Source: Eledone cirrhosa
Taxonomy: Eukaryota
Assembly: GCA_964016885.1 (NCBI GenBank)
Contig: OZ024741.1
Coordinates: forward strand, 269,514,001-269,578,000
DNA: 64,000 nucleotides
Direction: 5' to 3'
Under the pieces are notes generated by a model. The model had not been told where the DNA came from. It searched no databases and worked only from the letters and a program-made list of their open reading frames with translations. Position numbers and translations under genes: made by a program. How positions within the stretch are numbered: position 1 is the first letter of the stretch; each line of letters begins with the position of its first letter. This document shows positions 40,701-54,259 of the stretch, piece by piece.

Positions 40701-42194
40701 TACATACATACATACATACATACATACATACATACATACATACATACATGTGAGGCTGCATGGTTTAGCGGTTAAGATGCTGGACTCACAATAATGGGAT
40801 AGTGAGTTCAATTCTCAGCGGCACGTTGTGTTGTTCGGTATTTGATTGACCATCGTTCCGAACGAATCAATACACGAATCGGACAAAATAAACGAAACAT
40901 CCTTCCACAGAGTGTAAATTTCACAAACTATTGGCTAACCTGAGGCTGTGATACTTCCCCAAGGTGCCGCGTGGTGGGATAGATCACAGAACCATGTGTT
41001 TGTGATGCAAACTTCTTAACTACACACCCAAGCCTTTGACTTATTTTATCGAAATCTAATATGATTGTTTCTAACAAAGACCACAATTTCATGGAGGTAA
41101 GGTTGGGGACTTAATTGATTAAACCAACCTGTTTTTATTTTATTTTATCAAGCCCAGAAAGATGAGAAGCAAAGTGTGTCTCGGTGGAATTTGATCTCGC
41201 AATATAAAATGACAACAAACATTAAATATCCTTGAGGTTGGTTACAACAAATTAACCCAGCGAGGTCCTTGAGAAATGTGTAATTACTGACTGAAATCAA
41301 TTACTGGCAGGCTAGCTGGATATATTTTTTCTCTTTTTTTGTTTTGATATGTATTTTTATCGCTGTTGAATTTTTGTAAGCCTTTTGTATCATATATATT
41401 TTCTTTATTTTCTATTTTTGTTGCAGTAGTGGAGACATAATTATACTTTGATCTGAGCAAAAAAAGATCGATAAGAGATTGTAGGCGGGACACATAATTA
41501 TGGACTTGTCGTTAAAGATATTCTAACACACACCAATCACTTATTTGATTCTTCTTCGTCAAAATTTTGTCACGCTTCACTATTTCAGAGAATTCTTCTT
41601 CAACATTTAGATGTAGAACAAACAAAAAAAAAACAATAGCAACAACTATAATAAATAACAACAACAACAATAATACAGACTCAATATTTTTCTGTATAAA
41701 TGTTCAGTAAAGTTATTCATATCAAAGCAGTTTATTGAAAACTGCGACAAGGCAAACTATTTCTTAAACTTTCTTATACATAACTTTTTTTCAATTCTTT
41801 GACACTTTCGTAGCCACAAAACATTTATTTCAGACCGTTTAAACCGCAATACGCCATCTGCATTCAGTCCTTTCTACTTCATGGTTATTTTCGTAGTCAT
41901 TCAATTTCATTGCACTTAGCTCTTTCGTTTTACTTAGTCACTCTCTTAACAACAAAATCCTGCCTTTTCTTAGCTCTGTTTTATATGAAACTACATTCTT
42001 TTTTACATGACTCTATTCATACTTGCATGCACGCATTCATGGTCGTAGGGGTGCCGTATTTACATACGGTACTTCTAGGGAATTTGAAAACCTGGCGGAG
42101 CCCAATCCTCTCCAGGTCTGAATACAGCAGATTTCTTCCACAGAAGGATAGAGAGTGAGAAAATGGCAGTGAGAAAGAGATATATAGGAAGAAT

Positions 42195-45100
42195 CACCTC
42201 CAGTACTTGACTGATACTTTTTTTATCGACCTTGAATGGATGAAAGACAAAGTTGACCTTGGCGGGATTTGAACTCAGCGAGCAGAGAGCCGAAACGAAT
42301 ACCACAAAGTATTCTATCCGACGTTTCTAACGACTATACCAATTCACCGCCTATTGTTCACACTTGAATAACAAGCAAATGTTTCTCTAGATTGCAATGC
42401 ATGTTTCAAATTTAGTCGACAGCCTATTATTGAGGTTATGAATAATTGTTTCTACTTTTGGCACAAGGCCAGTAATCACCCAGTACATCACTGGTACTTT
42501 ATTTTATCGACCCCGTAAGAAAAAAAGAGGGACATTTAAAAGTTGTAATAACTGTTTCTACTTTTGGCACAAGGCCAGCAATTACCCAGTGCATTACTGG
42601 TACTTTATTTTATCGACCCCGTAAGGATGAAAGGCAAAGTTAACCTCGGCTGGATTTGAACTCAGAATGGCAAGGACCGTAACTCTATACGTCAAAGCAT
42701 GGCGTCCGACCCTCTACCGATACTGCCAATCCTCCGCCTTGGTGTGGATTGGCAGTGTCGGTAGAGGTTATGAATAATACGAGTTATTATCACCAAAAAA
42801 ACAGTCGATAAAATATAGCCCCACTTTAGTACTGAGGTCAATTTAATCGACTTTCCTCTCTTCCCAAATTGACAAAATAAAGTACCAGTAACGCCCTGGG
42901 ATCGATTTAATCGACTTTTCCCTCCCCAAAAATTGTTGACCTTGTGTCTAAAGCAGAAACCATTATTATTATCACAAAAGGTGGATTATTATCATAATAG
43001 GCGGTGGATTGGCAGTATCGGTAGAGGGTCGGACGCCATGTTTTGCAGCAAAGAGTTACGACCCTTTATGGTCTGAGTTCAAATCCCGCTGAGGTTAACT
43101 TTGCCTTTCATCCTTACGGGGTCGATAAGATAAAGTACTAGTAATACACTGGAATAATTGCTGGCCTTGTGAAACAATTATTATTATCACAAAAAAGAAA
43201 CATGAATGAGGGATGATGACAAAACAGTAGAGCTCTGGACAACTTCCCTTGTAGTTTTTAATGACGTTTTTCTCTTTTACATTCTGAGTTCAAATTGAGC
43301 CAGAGGCGATTTTGCCTTTCGTCACTCAGTGGATGATGAAATAAATACAACTTATGTATCGAGATACAGGATAAATTTCATCTAATTTGTTCTCCTCCAA
43401 AATGTGTGGCTTTGTATTAATTGTAGAGATTAATATTATCAATATTATCCAATGGCAGTGGATTGACAGTATCGGTAGAAGGTCGGAGACCATGCTTTGC
43501 AGCATAGAGTTACGGCCCTTTATAATCTGAGTTCAAATGCCGCCGAGGTTAGCTTTGCCTTTCATTCTTATGGGGTCGATAAAATAAAGCACCAGTAACG
43601 CACTGGGGTCGATTTAAACAACTTTCTCCCCACACCCTGCATATTACTAGGCTTGTGCCAAATGTAGAAATAATTATTACTCAAAACACGATGTATGTTG
43701 GATGGCAGAATCGGATTAACGGATAAAACATAAGCCTGAGTTCAGATCACACCAAAGTTGGTTTTGCCATGTAATACCTGTAAAATATGATCATAAGTGA
43801 GTAGTCACTCTCTCAAGATGTTAAAGGGTTTTGTACATAAATCAGAAACCATTATTCCCCAAACAACTATTACTAACACTGTCAAACAAGTGGTAAACAT
43901 TTCTGAACTGGTTTCTATTCCTCGTCAGAACAAATTAACTTAATTTCACTTTACTTGACGCTGGTAAATTTTTTTCTTATTTCAGACTAGTAAAGCAACA
44001 GTTTCTTGAATATTCTAGACGTCAAAATGCTTCACTTTTATTTTTAAATTGACAGATAACATCCATGAGCTTGGCTGGTCACGCTTGGGAATCCAACCAG
44101 ACCAGTTGGAAGCGCTTGCTTCTGACAGGACCTGCTGGAGGGAGTGTTTGAGGGCTCTGCCCGCACCCTCTCAGGAATAAGTGGGCGAAGAAGAAGAAGA
44201 AGAAGAAACTTTTATGTAATTCACTGGGACTAACAACAATCAGAAACTTATACCAATGCTACCCCAATTATACGAGCCCAAACAGCGTGGAAGAATGCTC
44301 TCTGATATGCAGAACCCCGTCTTGTTGTTACAGCGGGCAGAATAGAGAAAGTGTCAGCCCGGAAGATAACGAGGGAGATGCGTTGAAATAGCGATTCCAA
44401 CTCGCGGGACACGATTCTACAAATGGCCAACTCCATCCTGATAGCAGTGAGTGGACAAATGGTATGGAGACCAAGAATGCCCATAAGACTTCAACGCTAC
44501 AGGTTTAACGACAAATTTATCGGAAAACGGTCGATACTTCATATTGACTCAATATCTAGTTTCCAACAGTATAAGCAACGTAAAGGGTAAATTCTACCTC
44601 AAGTTCGGAAATTTATGAAGTTCACAGCAATGAACCATTTTGAATAGATACAATAATTGTTTCTACTTTATGCACAAGGCCAGCAATTACCCAGTGCATT
44701 ACTGGTACTTTATTTTATCGACCCCGTAAGGATGAAAGGCAAAGTCAATCTCGGCGGGATTTGAACTCAGATCGTAAAGGGACGTAACTATGCTGGAAAG
44801 CATGGCCTCCGACCCTCTACTGATACTGCCAATCCAATGGCCGCTTGGATTGAATAGATACAATATATTGTATTTGAATAGATACAATAATGTAGGGTTC
44901 TCCAACTCTAAGGCTCAAAAGGGCCGTTGCCTTCTGGGGAGAGGCACAGCAGACTAAAGGGAGATGAAGCGGGGTTGTGATTTCTGCAAGTTATAATGCT
45001 AACCTGGAATACAGCTGATAGGCTGCTGTTTATTATTATGTTTTCATCAAAACGATGACACTTATGATAGTAAGTGAGATATGTGAATTAGTACAAAATG

Positions 45101-45930
45101 TAAGGGGATAAATTTTCCATTTCAAAATGTCCTTAATTTCGATTTTACTTTTGGTAAATTCCGCTATCTTTTCCTTTTAATGTAATTCATGGGTTAATTG
45201 CAGTAAATTGTACAATAAATATTATTAAAACATGGGAGGGTGGTGCATCGGTCGAGGGTCTGACACCATGCTTTGCAGCATAGAGTTACGGCTCTTTATG
45301 ATCTGAGTTCAAATCCCGCAGAGTTTAACTTTGCCTTTCATCCTTATGGGGTCGATAAAATAAAGTACCAGTCACGCACTGGGGTCGATTTAAACATGGA
45401 AAACGAAAACAAAACTCACAGTTTTATCACATTTAAAGAAATAGTAAAAATCATCAACAACAACTTTTAAAATATTTTTATTCCAAATCAAGAAAGAAAC
45501 TATGTTAAAAAGTAAAATTGATGACATTTTTCTTTCATTAAAATACTTAACAAAATAATGGATTCTGATTTAGGCACAAGTCCAGCAATTTCGGGAGAGG
45601 GGGAAAGTCGATTAAATCGACCACAGTGCGTGACTGGTATTTTATTTTTACGACCCCGTAAGGATGAAAGGCAAAGCTAACCTTGGTGGAATTTGAACTC
45701 AGAACGCAAAGGACCGAAGCAGGGAGTACGACGATCTATCAATAATTGTTTCTGCTTTGGGCACAAGGCCAGCAATTACCCTAGTGTATTACTGGTACTT
45801 ATTTTATCGACACCGTAAGGATGAAAGGCAAAGTTAACCTTGGCGGGATTTGAACTCAGACCATAAAGGGCCGTAACTATGCTGCAACGCATGGTGGCCG
45901 ACCCTCTACCGATACTGCCAATCCACCACG
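42195..45930. mobile_element. Cluster of about ten SINE copies/fragments in both orientations (e.g. 42195-42352 -, 42548-42740 -, 43000-43185 +, 43453-43678 +, 44653-44845 -, 45233-45392 +, 45555-45720 -, 45741-45930 -)
   Basis: Shared B-box and central domain ctttgcctttcatccttacggggtcgataaaataaagtaccag. TSD ttgaatagatacaata around the 44653 copy. Confidence 0.88.
44248..44560 (-). mobile_element. Old CRE-like 3' end fragment
   Basis: RELESLFQRISLVIFRADTFSILPA resembles RELEWLFQRVSLAVLRGNAFSILSA at 7509-7709. Confidence 0.65.
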
Positions 45931-46236
45931 CTCTACCAATAATGCCAATACAAAATAAGGCAGAATGCAATGGCTAGCAGAAATGGGTATAAGCTGACTG
46001 TTCAACCTTTTTTAAAGAAGGCCTACTAAACCTACTTTTTCAGAACATATTGCAAGTGCCAGACTGAATGCATTTTTCTATTTCACTAAATATATCTCAC
46101 GCAGTCTCTTACAAAACACAAATATTTTCACTTTTCTTAAAAACTTCGGTTCCCTTCTGCAATTCTTAGTTTCTTTGACATCTTGGATATTTTCGTTTTT
46201 TTTTTTATTATTTTAATTTTGTGATTGATCAAAATT

Positions 46237-46436
46237 TCTTCTTCTTCTTCTTCTTCTTCTTCTTCTTCTTCTTCTTCTTCTTCTTCTCCCTCTTCTTCTT
46301 CTTCTTCTTCTTCTTCTCCTTCTTCTCCTCCTCCTCCTCCTCCTCATCATCATCATCATCATCCTCCTCCTCCTCCTCCTCCTCCTCCTCCTCCTCCTCC
46401 TCCTCCTCCTCCTCCTCCTCCTCCTCCTCCTCCTTC
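46237..46436. repeat. Compound (TTC)/(TCC)/(TCA) polypyrimidine microsatellite
   Basis: Direct reading. Confidence 0.95.
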
Positions 46437-46795
46437 TTGTTCTTCAGTTTATTTAATAATCCGCCGTCAGAGGTCACATGTTTCCATCATAATAGCTCCT
46501 CAGTTCAAACTCTCTTCATTACAATCAGAAGTGATACCTCCGCTATAATTCAAACACATTAACACTCTTTCCTGTATGTCACAGTTTTCCAAAATTCGAC
46601 TCGAATTATTAACAACATAATGAACTCACAACCACAGAAATACACAATATCTCTCCTGCTAATGCAGGAATTTAGTAGATGGCGCTAGCCATCAGCTTCC
46701 AAAATTCATAGCTAAAGGCTTTCAAATGTTTATTCGTAAGCATACCGTATATCAGTTGAACGCTTACAGCGAATCGCCAAGGAGAAGTTTCAGTA

Positions 46796-46889
46796 AATAT
46801 ATCTGAGGACCTTGCGAGTGCAGAGCCAGGTTCGATCTATAATAGATCCTGCCTTGAGCCGATCGTCGGAGAAACATATGTAATATGTT
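46796..46889 (+). ncRNA. Hammerhead ribozyme with ~61-nt stem II insertion (pLTR of a sister subfamily, ends at (TA)n ~47015)
   Basis: aatatat-CTGAGGA-(61 nt)-GAAA-catatg-TA-atatgtt; 7-bp stem I. Confidence 0.8.
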
Positions 46890-47006
46890 AGTAAATAGTG
46901 TTTTGATGCATCACTGATTCCTCGTTATCTATAATAATATCTCTGCTTCGCCCGAGCATCGAGGCTCAAACGGCATACCGCATACGGACGCATTTATTGC
47001 AGCCTT

Positions 47007-47065
<59 letters not shown>

Positions 47066-47187
47066 GGTGTTGGATGCTTAAAGCATCCGTATGCGGTAGG
47101 CCGTGTGAGCACTCGATGCTCTCATAGAGCAGAGTATGATATCACAGAAAAAAAGAGAATCAGTGTTGCGACGAATGGAATTTATTG

Positions 47188-47283
47188 GACATATTACAAT
47201 GGTTTCTCTGGCGACCAGCTCGAGGCACGATCGATGTGATGATCGAACCTGACTCTGAAAATCGCAAGGTCCTCAGATACGTC
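47188..47283 (-). ncRNA. Hammerhead ribozyme with long stem II
   Basis: gacgtat-CTGAGGA-(~63 nt)-GAAA-ccattg-TA-atatgtc. Confidence 0.75.
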
Positions 47284-47989
47284 TTGATTCTACGAAGCAG
47301 ATTTTCCTATGTCCTTTTCCATCGATATACTTCGCCTGTCAGCTTAGATCCTGTTGTTGTCATTCTATGAGTGGTCAACAATTGTACACGTCATCGGTAT
47401 TTCTAGCCACTCATGGTTGTCCACTATTTGGTTCTTTTCATTCTCCACCTGTCAATCACATTTGTTTCTTAGGTCGGAATTACTACTGTGGTAGGTAAGG
47501 GGTTGTATGCTTAAATTGCTGGTGGCACTTCGACGTCTTCACTGTCTTTAGGTGCCCACTTCTATACCGATGGCGTACACACCCTCAACTGTATTGTATG
47601 CTACGATCACCGTAAATAATTTTTTCTACTTTTGGCACAAGGCCAGTAATTATCCAGTACATTACTGGTACTTTATTTTATCGACCCCGTAAGGATGAAA
47701 GGCAAAGTTGACCTCAGCGGGATTTGAACTCAGAATGGAAAGATCACCGTAAATAATATTTGGAGGGAATTTTTAAATCAAATTAGAAAAATATTAGAAA
47801 AATATTAGAAAAATATTTAGCATAACATTTCAAGTACACAGCCTCAGAATACCTTTAAACATACATATTTCACAAGAAAAAAGAAAAGAACTCTGTACAA
47901 GGAACGGATGGGTCAGCAACAGGATCTAAGCCGACAAGCGAAGTATATCGATTTAAAAGGACATAGGAAAATCTGCTTCGTAGAATCAA

Positions 47990-48085
47990 GACGTATCTGA
48001 GGGCCTTGCGATTTTCAGAGTCAGGTTCGATCATCACATCGATCGTGCCTCGAGCTGGTCGCCAGAGAAACGATTGTAATATTTC
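47990..48085 (+). ncRNA. Hammerhead ribozyme with long stem II (core A9>G)
   Basis: gacgtat-CTGAGGG-(~63 nt)-GAAA-cgattg-TA-atatttc. Confidence 0.65.
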
Positions 48086-49043
48086 CAATAAATTCGATTC
48101 GTCGCAATACTGATTCTCTTTTTTTCTGTGATATCATACTCTGCTTTATGAGAGCATCGAGTGCTCACACGGCCTACCGCATATGGACGCTTTAAGCATC
48201 CAACACCAATTATTTTGCTGCTCCCCAAGTCGAGCGCTTGAAGCGAATTGCCATGTAGATATTCTAGTACTCTTCCTCATCCAAAGACATCCCGATCCCT
48301 TCGGACAACACCTACCTTCGCCTACTCATCCACCAACCAACTCTTTTGTCAGGCGAATGAGATGGCGTGCCTTCCACTACGACAACGGGAATACACAACA
48401 GACACAGGAGGTCACCCGCGACCGCCTTAGAAGGATTTTCAAGTCCAAACGACACCCTCCGCACAACGGAGCACTGGAACTGTTTGAAAACCGCCTAGTA
48501 AGCGTCGTAAGGAACATAACATTCAACAGGAATGCAGCGCGCAGAAACGAGTACCTGATTAAAAGCATGGAGAGCTGCCCTGATTTACTTATACCTTCGG
48601 ATAAGATGGGTCACATTTACAGGATGAACCACAGAACCTACGGAAAATACATTGAGAAAGAGATTAGGAAGGTATATAGGATTACGGGACAGGACAACCT
48701 TGACAGAATTAACAACACGACCAAAAAAATTAATGACGGGACTAGAAATATCAGACAGGACCGAACAGTATGTACCTAGAAAACCGCGGATTTCTATCAA
48801 GGATCATAAATTAGACTTTAAGACCAACCTCCCGGTTAGACTAATAGCACTCTCCAAGTCAGACCTAGGTTGGGCCAGCAAGATTATAATAGATAGGATC
48901 CTGCCCACGCTTATGAATAAAAATAGACTTAGCTTATGGACTTCCACTAAGGAGGTAATAGACTGGTTTACATCGCTGCCCAGCAAACAGCAAGTGAACT
49001 TCGTGTAGCTGGACATAGCATACGGGATGTTTGTTTACAAACA

Positions 49044-49492
49044 CACTGAGCATTATAATAAATGTTCGGTGAATCCATACGTACATATATATATATGTGT
49101 GCATGTATATATATATACATACTACTGTACGTCTGTATACATATATGTATGTACGTGTACATACTTATATTTAAGTAACAGCCGTACTAAGAGTGGGAAA
49201 TGAAATTTCGTTTCATTTTTTCCGTTTATCGTTTTCGGTGCACGCGGCCGATTAACCCACTCGATATGCAAATGGGGCTTCTCAGCTGTTAATATGCATA
49301 AGGTAAGTATATACGTTCAACAATCTGGCAGGAAGGTATACGTTGCTGACGATAGCTAATAAGCTTGAAACTAGTACACCGAGCATTATAATAAATGTTC
49401 GGTGAATCCATACGTACATATATATATGTGTGCATGTATGTATATACATACTACTGTACGTCTGTATACATATATGTATGTACGTGTACATA

Positions 49493-49499
<7 letters not shown>
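49044..49499 (+). mobile_element. Non-coding HHR-bearing mini-element (retrozyme-like 1.4-mer, 333-nt unit)
   Basis: ~125-nt direct repeats at 49044-49170 and 49377-49499 around a ~205-nt body with no credible ORF; HHR at the junction; runs into (TA)n. Confidence 0.68.
49342..49380 (+). ncRNA. Minimal type I hammerhead ribozyme
   Basis: gttg-CTGACGA-tagct/aata/agctt-GAAA-ctag-TA-cacc. Canonical core and palindromic stem III; predicted cleavage after 49376. Confidence 0.8.
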
Positions 49500-49572
<73 letters not shown>

Positions 49573-51667
49573 CACTCTTTACTCTTAATAATCTAACGAA
49601 TAATATTTTTTTTTGCGTGGCATGTAATCAAAATTTTGACCTTATTGAACTAATGGCAGTTTATAAAGTGATTTTATTTTTGCTTTCCCAAGAACATTTG
49701 TGATGCAAGTTTAGGAAAACAGCTATGTACAGCAGGAACGAGTATGGTGGGAACTTCTTTAGCTGAAGTACAGTAGCCTCTCAATAGTCAGTAAATTAAA
49801 ATCTAAATATAACAAGAGTAATGTAAGAAAAATAAAATATAATTTTGAAAATTTTGAATTTGATTTCAGAAATAATTGAAAATGTATGAAAAAATAAAAA
49901 TAGGCGTCAATTTTATATTTATTTCGTTTATTACATCTTATTTGTTTTATTTATTATATTCTTTTGTTACAAACATTTATTAATCAAATACAAAGAGTAA
50001 TTTATTTTTAACATTCGAAGATCGTCTGCTCAATCAATTGAATCTGATGATTTATAAAGTTGTTTATTTTTCTTCGTTCGCCGTTCTCTTTCTTTTCGTT
50101 TCCTAAATGCGTAAAAAAAACACAACTATTCAAAGATATTCTATATTAATATGTTTTTATTTAACATTATTTTAGGTTGAAAATATTGTTGTGTTGATTG
50201 TTATAGCTTCACAATTTTTAAAATTCCTCCTCCAAATAATGTTTCAAGCGTTTTCTTTTTACCGTTAACAAGCTAGGAATCATGTCTCATATCCTCTATA
50301 CTTATTCTTTTATTAATTAATTTATTTATTTATTGTGTCTTATATTTGTGTAAGGCGGCGAAATGGCAGAGTCTGTAGAACGTCGGATGGAACGCTTTGC
50401 AGTAGTTCGTTCGGCTCTCTGTTCTCTGAGTTCAAATCCCTCTCAGGTCAACGTTTCATCCATTCCAGGTGTATAAAAAAAAGTACCAGTCAAGTACTGG
50501 GATCTATTCTTCTTCTGTCTCTTCTCACTTCCATTCTCTCACTATATCCTTCTATGAAAGAAATCTGGAGAGTGATGGGCTCCGCCATATTACAAAATTC
50601 CCTAGAAACGCCGTATTTCAATACAACAATCCCACCACTCCCCCAGGAGTTACTGGATCATCCATCCATTTTTGCATTTATTTGGTTATGTATATATTTA
50701 TGGCGAAAGCGCCCACTTAGAGTTGATAACAAGCTCATGGTAAATAGAGTCTATGTATTGGTTTCTGTTTTCTGTTGATTCGATAGAGCAGAGTCAAACA
50801 AAATACTCTACAAAATTTATTTATCAACCTTTACATCCTGAGTTCAAATACCGTCCAAATCACTTTAACTTCTTTTTTTTTTTATTGTGAGGTCGACATC
50901 TTGATGGGAGATGAAATGCAGTGGTCGATGTAATTGGCTAAATCCTATAGTCCACCCCACCTCATTGAATTGTGATGTAACGATTTTATTTCACTTTCGT
51001 AACTGGATTCCTTTGCGAAAGACACTGATGTCCCCTTAACTTGTCCTGGGCTCTCTGCTCATTGTTAAGTCGAAAGAAGTGTTGTCTTAGGTATCTATAC
51101 CAGGGAGAACCTATCCTTTTCCGAGTGTGACCACGGCTGATTTTTTCACAAAAGATAGAAAGCAAAATACAAATAGAGGGAAGCGTTTCGATCACAGCAT
51201 TAAATACCCACACCGGAAGGTTAAAAGCAAAGTGACCTTAGTGACATCTGAACCTGAAGATCAGGGAGTCGGAACGAATACAGCAAGGCATTTTATCTTG
51301 TTCTTGAATGTTACGACACATTTTATTTCTTCTCTGAGATTAATAGGCACAAAGATTGGCTATTAAGATATTTTGTATTATAAGAGTTTGCCTTAATGTC
51401 AATTTATACGAGAAACAGAGGAGCTAAATAGATAAAAAAAAGTTTGTCCACATCTTGCTTTTGTGTATGTGTATTTTGTGTATGCAGTGTATGTCAGTGT
51501 TTGATGTGTGCCTCTGTGTGTGTGTGTGTATTTTGTGTGTATGTACTTGTTTTCTTCATTACGTAATGGAAAGAAATATTGGTGGTGCCCATAACATATA
51601 CAGGTCCTCGGTCTTCCTAGGCTGATGAAATCGATATTGAACTTAACCATATGTTGGTCACCACACG

Positions 51668-51722
<55 letters not shown>

Positions 51723-51795
51723 ATGTTAAGTATTTCCGTAGAAAAGGTAAAGGAAAGAAGAGTGCTCTATGTATAGTACAGAGCTATTTAATTAC

Positions 51796-51875
<80 letters not shown>

Positions 51876-51922
51876 GGAAAAGAGTCAGGACTCCGACGGC
51901 TGAGCTCCGGCCGTTTCTACAG

Positions 51923-51986
<64 letters not shown>

Positions 51987-52273
51987 GTGTGTGTGTAGCA
52001 AAGGTAAACAAATATATACCTCAGTTTGTATGTTGAGGGTTATATAAGATAGAATATAATTGCCAAACAATTTCAGAATTAGCTCAGTGTTTATATATAT
52101 TATTGGTCTGAAGAATACAGAGATTCTTTTAGTTGAAAATCAAAGATTGGAAAGACAGACATAAACACAGAGTATATATAATAATAAAATTATAGATGGA
52201 AAAATTAGTTTTAAAACAATTTTAAAACAATATAATATATCAACATGTAGATCATGATCATCACCATGATGAC

Positions 52274-52403
<130 letters not shown>

Positions 52404-52425
52404 GTCGTCGTCGTCGTCGTCGTCG

Positions 52426-53030
52426 TTTAACGTCTATCTTCCACATGGGTTAGACAGGAATTGTCCCACTTGAGGCAAGATTGGTCGGGTGACCGTGTCT
52501 TGCTCGTATAGGACTATCTGGCAGGTTTTCTACGGCTGGATGCCCTTCCTAACACCAACCACATTTACAGTGTGGACTGGGAGGTTTTTACCGTGTTACC
52601 TACACGGCCACATTACAGCGTGGACTGTGTGTGTGTTTTTTTGTCGTGGCACCTATACGGTCTTATTTGTTTGGACTGGATGTTGTGGCACCGACATAAC
52701 TTTACAGAGAAAGGGTGGTGTTGGTGGGAGTGCGAGGGTGGACTAGTGGTAGTGGGTTGGGGTGTATATTTGATTAAGGGGTGTCTACTGACTGTAAGTT
52801 TCGCTTTGTACTTAGGCAAGGCGGGTCTTATGTATTACTGCGTGGCGCCAAAGATCTCGGTCCAGTGACATTGCCTTAGAGGGGTGTAAGTGTGTAAGGT
52901 CGGAATTTATCAAATCGTCCCAGGTTTTTCTGGGTCTACTTACTCCGTAACTTCCATCAATTTTGATCTCCCTGCACTTTTTTTTATACAGCTGTCGTCT
53001 TTCATGCGCATCACGTGACCATAACAACGT
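52426..53030 (-). mobile_element. Decayed RTE-like LINE 3' end with (GAC)/(GAT)n tail
   Basis: KKCREIKIDG..SRPRKTWDDLINSDL..DRDLWR; tail at 52319-52425. Confidence 0.6.
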
Positions 53031-53195
53031 AGATATAGATGTACAATCATTTAATAATTTCTGAGGTAGGAGTTGACTCTGGTTATGTTTTTGTTAAATC
53101 GAATGTAATTTTAACTTCCCCCGAAGAAAGCATGATATATTGGTTTCTTTTCTTTTCTGTTTTTCTTTTCTTTATTTACTTTTCGCTCATGCAAC

Positions 53196-53278
<83 letters not shown>

Positions 53279-53366
53279 ACAAAAGGTAAGTAGAAATAAC
53301 CTAACCAACGACACAGTACATGGAAGAAATATATTAGTTTTAACGCTTGAAATAACAGGAAGAGAG

Positions 53367-53402
53367 TCTTAACGTTTCAGGCAATAGTCCTTCATCAGAA
53401 GA
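53367..53402 (-). ncRNA. Minimal hammerhead ribozyme in a solo pLTR remnant
   Basis: tctt-CTGATGA-aggac/tatt/gcct-GAAA-cg-TT-aaga (AACGTT palindrome). Confidence 0.8.
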
Positions 53403-53518
53403 TAGAGTTAGAAATACAAGATAAATAGAAAGTAAAGAGTGATAAGAAGAAGGAACGGGGGAAAATGAAGAATAAAGGGGAGAGAGAAACACACGCTTGC
53501 GTATTCAGTCAGCCATCT

Positions 53519-53624
<106 letters not shown>

Positions 53625-53664
53625 AATATATATATATACACACAATATATATATATATATATAT

Positions 53665-54210
53665 AAGTTTATCCTGGGTTCAATCGGGGGTAACCACAGT
53701 AAGTAAGATACTAAATACAAGCAGAGTATAAATATTTAATATAAAAAAGACTTCTACAGGACTAGCACTGTTTCATTCGGGAGAAATCATCAGGAAGCCC
53801 TGCGAATGACTAGAAGCACGTGTTGCATTTCTTTTAAATACACACATCGTACCAGCTTCATCCCAGTGGCGTGAATAGGGTTATCGACAACTAGAAATAC
53901 CAGCCGAGTCCTTTCACCTGAGTTAGCTCTACAATTAAGGGGCCGTATATATGTGTGTATTTTTTAAAAAGGCAATACGTGCTGCTAGTCATTCGCAGAT
54001 TTGAATTTGCTGTGTAAACACAGATAGTTAGATCTTCTCCGTTGTTAAAAATCCAGGATTTGGCTACTATATCGATTAATGGTGAAATATATTTCTTTAA
54101 TGAAATATATATAAGGAAGATTAATAAGGTATCTATATTAAACATTTATACTCTGTTATGTATTGAGTACCTTACTTACTGTGGTTAGCCCCGATTGAAC
54201 CCGGAATAAC
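53665..54210. repeat. Diverged two-block inverted repeat element between (TA)n tracts; left arm has a degenerate HHR (53759-53800, minus)
   Basis: Outer IR 53667-53743 / 54134-54210; inner IR 53800-53847 / 53951-53998; CTGATGA-ttc/gaa-GAAA motif. Confidence 0.7.
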
Positions 54211-54215
54211 TATAT

Positions 54216-54259
<44 letters not shown>

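Larger units (their letters stand above)
47062..49020 (+). mobile_element. Third Naiad-like PLE family: inverted 3' pLTR (47062-~47600), 5' pLTR (47915-48210) and frameshifted ORF N-terminus, 3'-truncated
   Basis: 47062-47355 is the reverse complement of 47915-48210. NSFVRRMRWRAFHYD, PSDK, IKDHK..PVRLIA.SKSDLG are homologous to ORF 372-1481. SINE fragment at 47615-47740 with TSD gatcaccgtaaataat. Confidence 0.85.

Noticed and set aside
41230-42000. Unique-looking sequence as possible host exons
   Set aside because: No sustained ORF, recognisable domain or convincing splice-site pair.
46672-46687. CTCF-like motif tagtagatggcgct
   Set aside because: A single imperfect match with no supporting context.
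50986-51130. Short minus-strand ORF end as a possible host terminal exon
   Set aside because: No homology recognisable by eye; needs RNA-seq.
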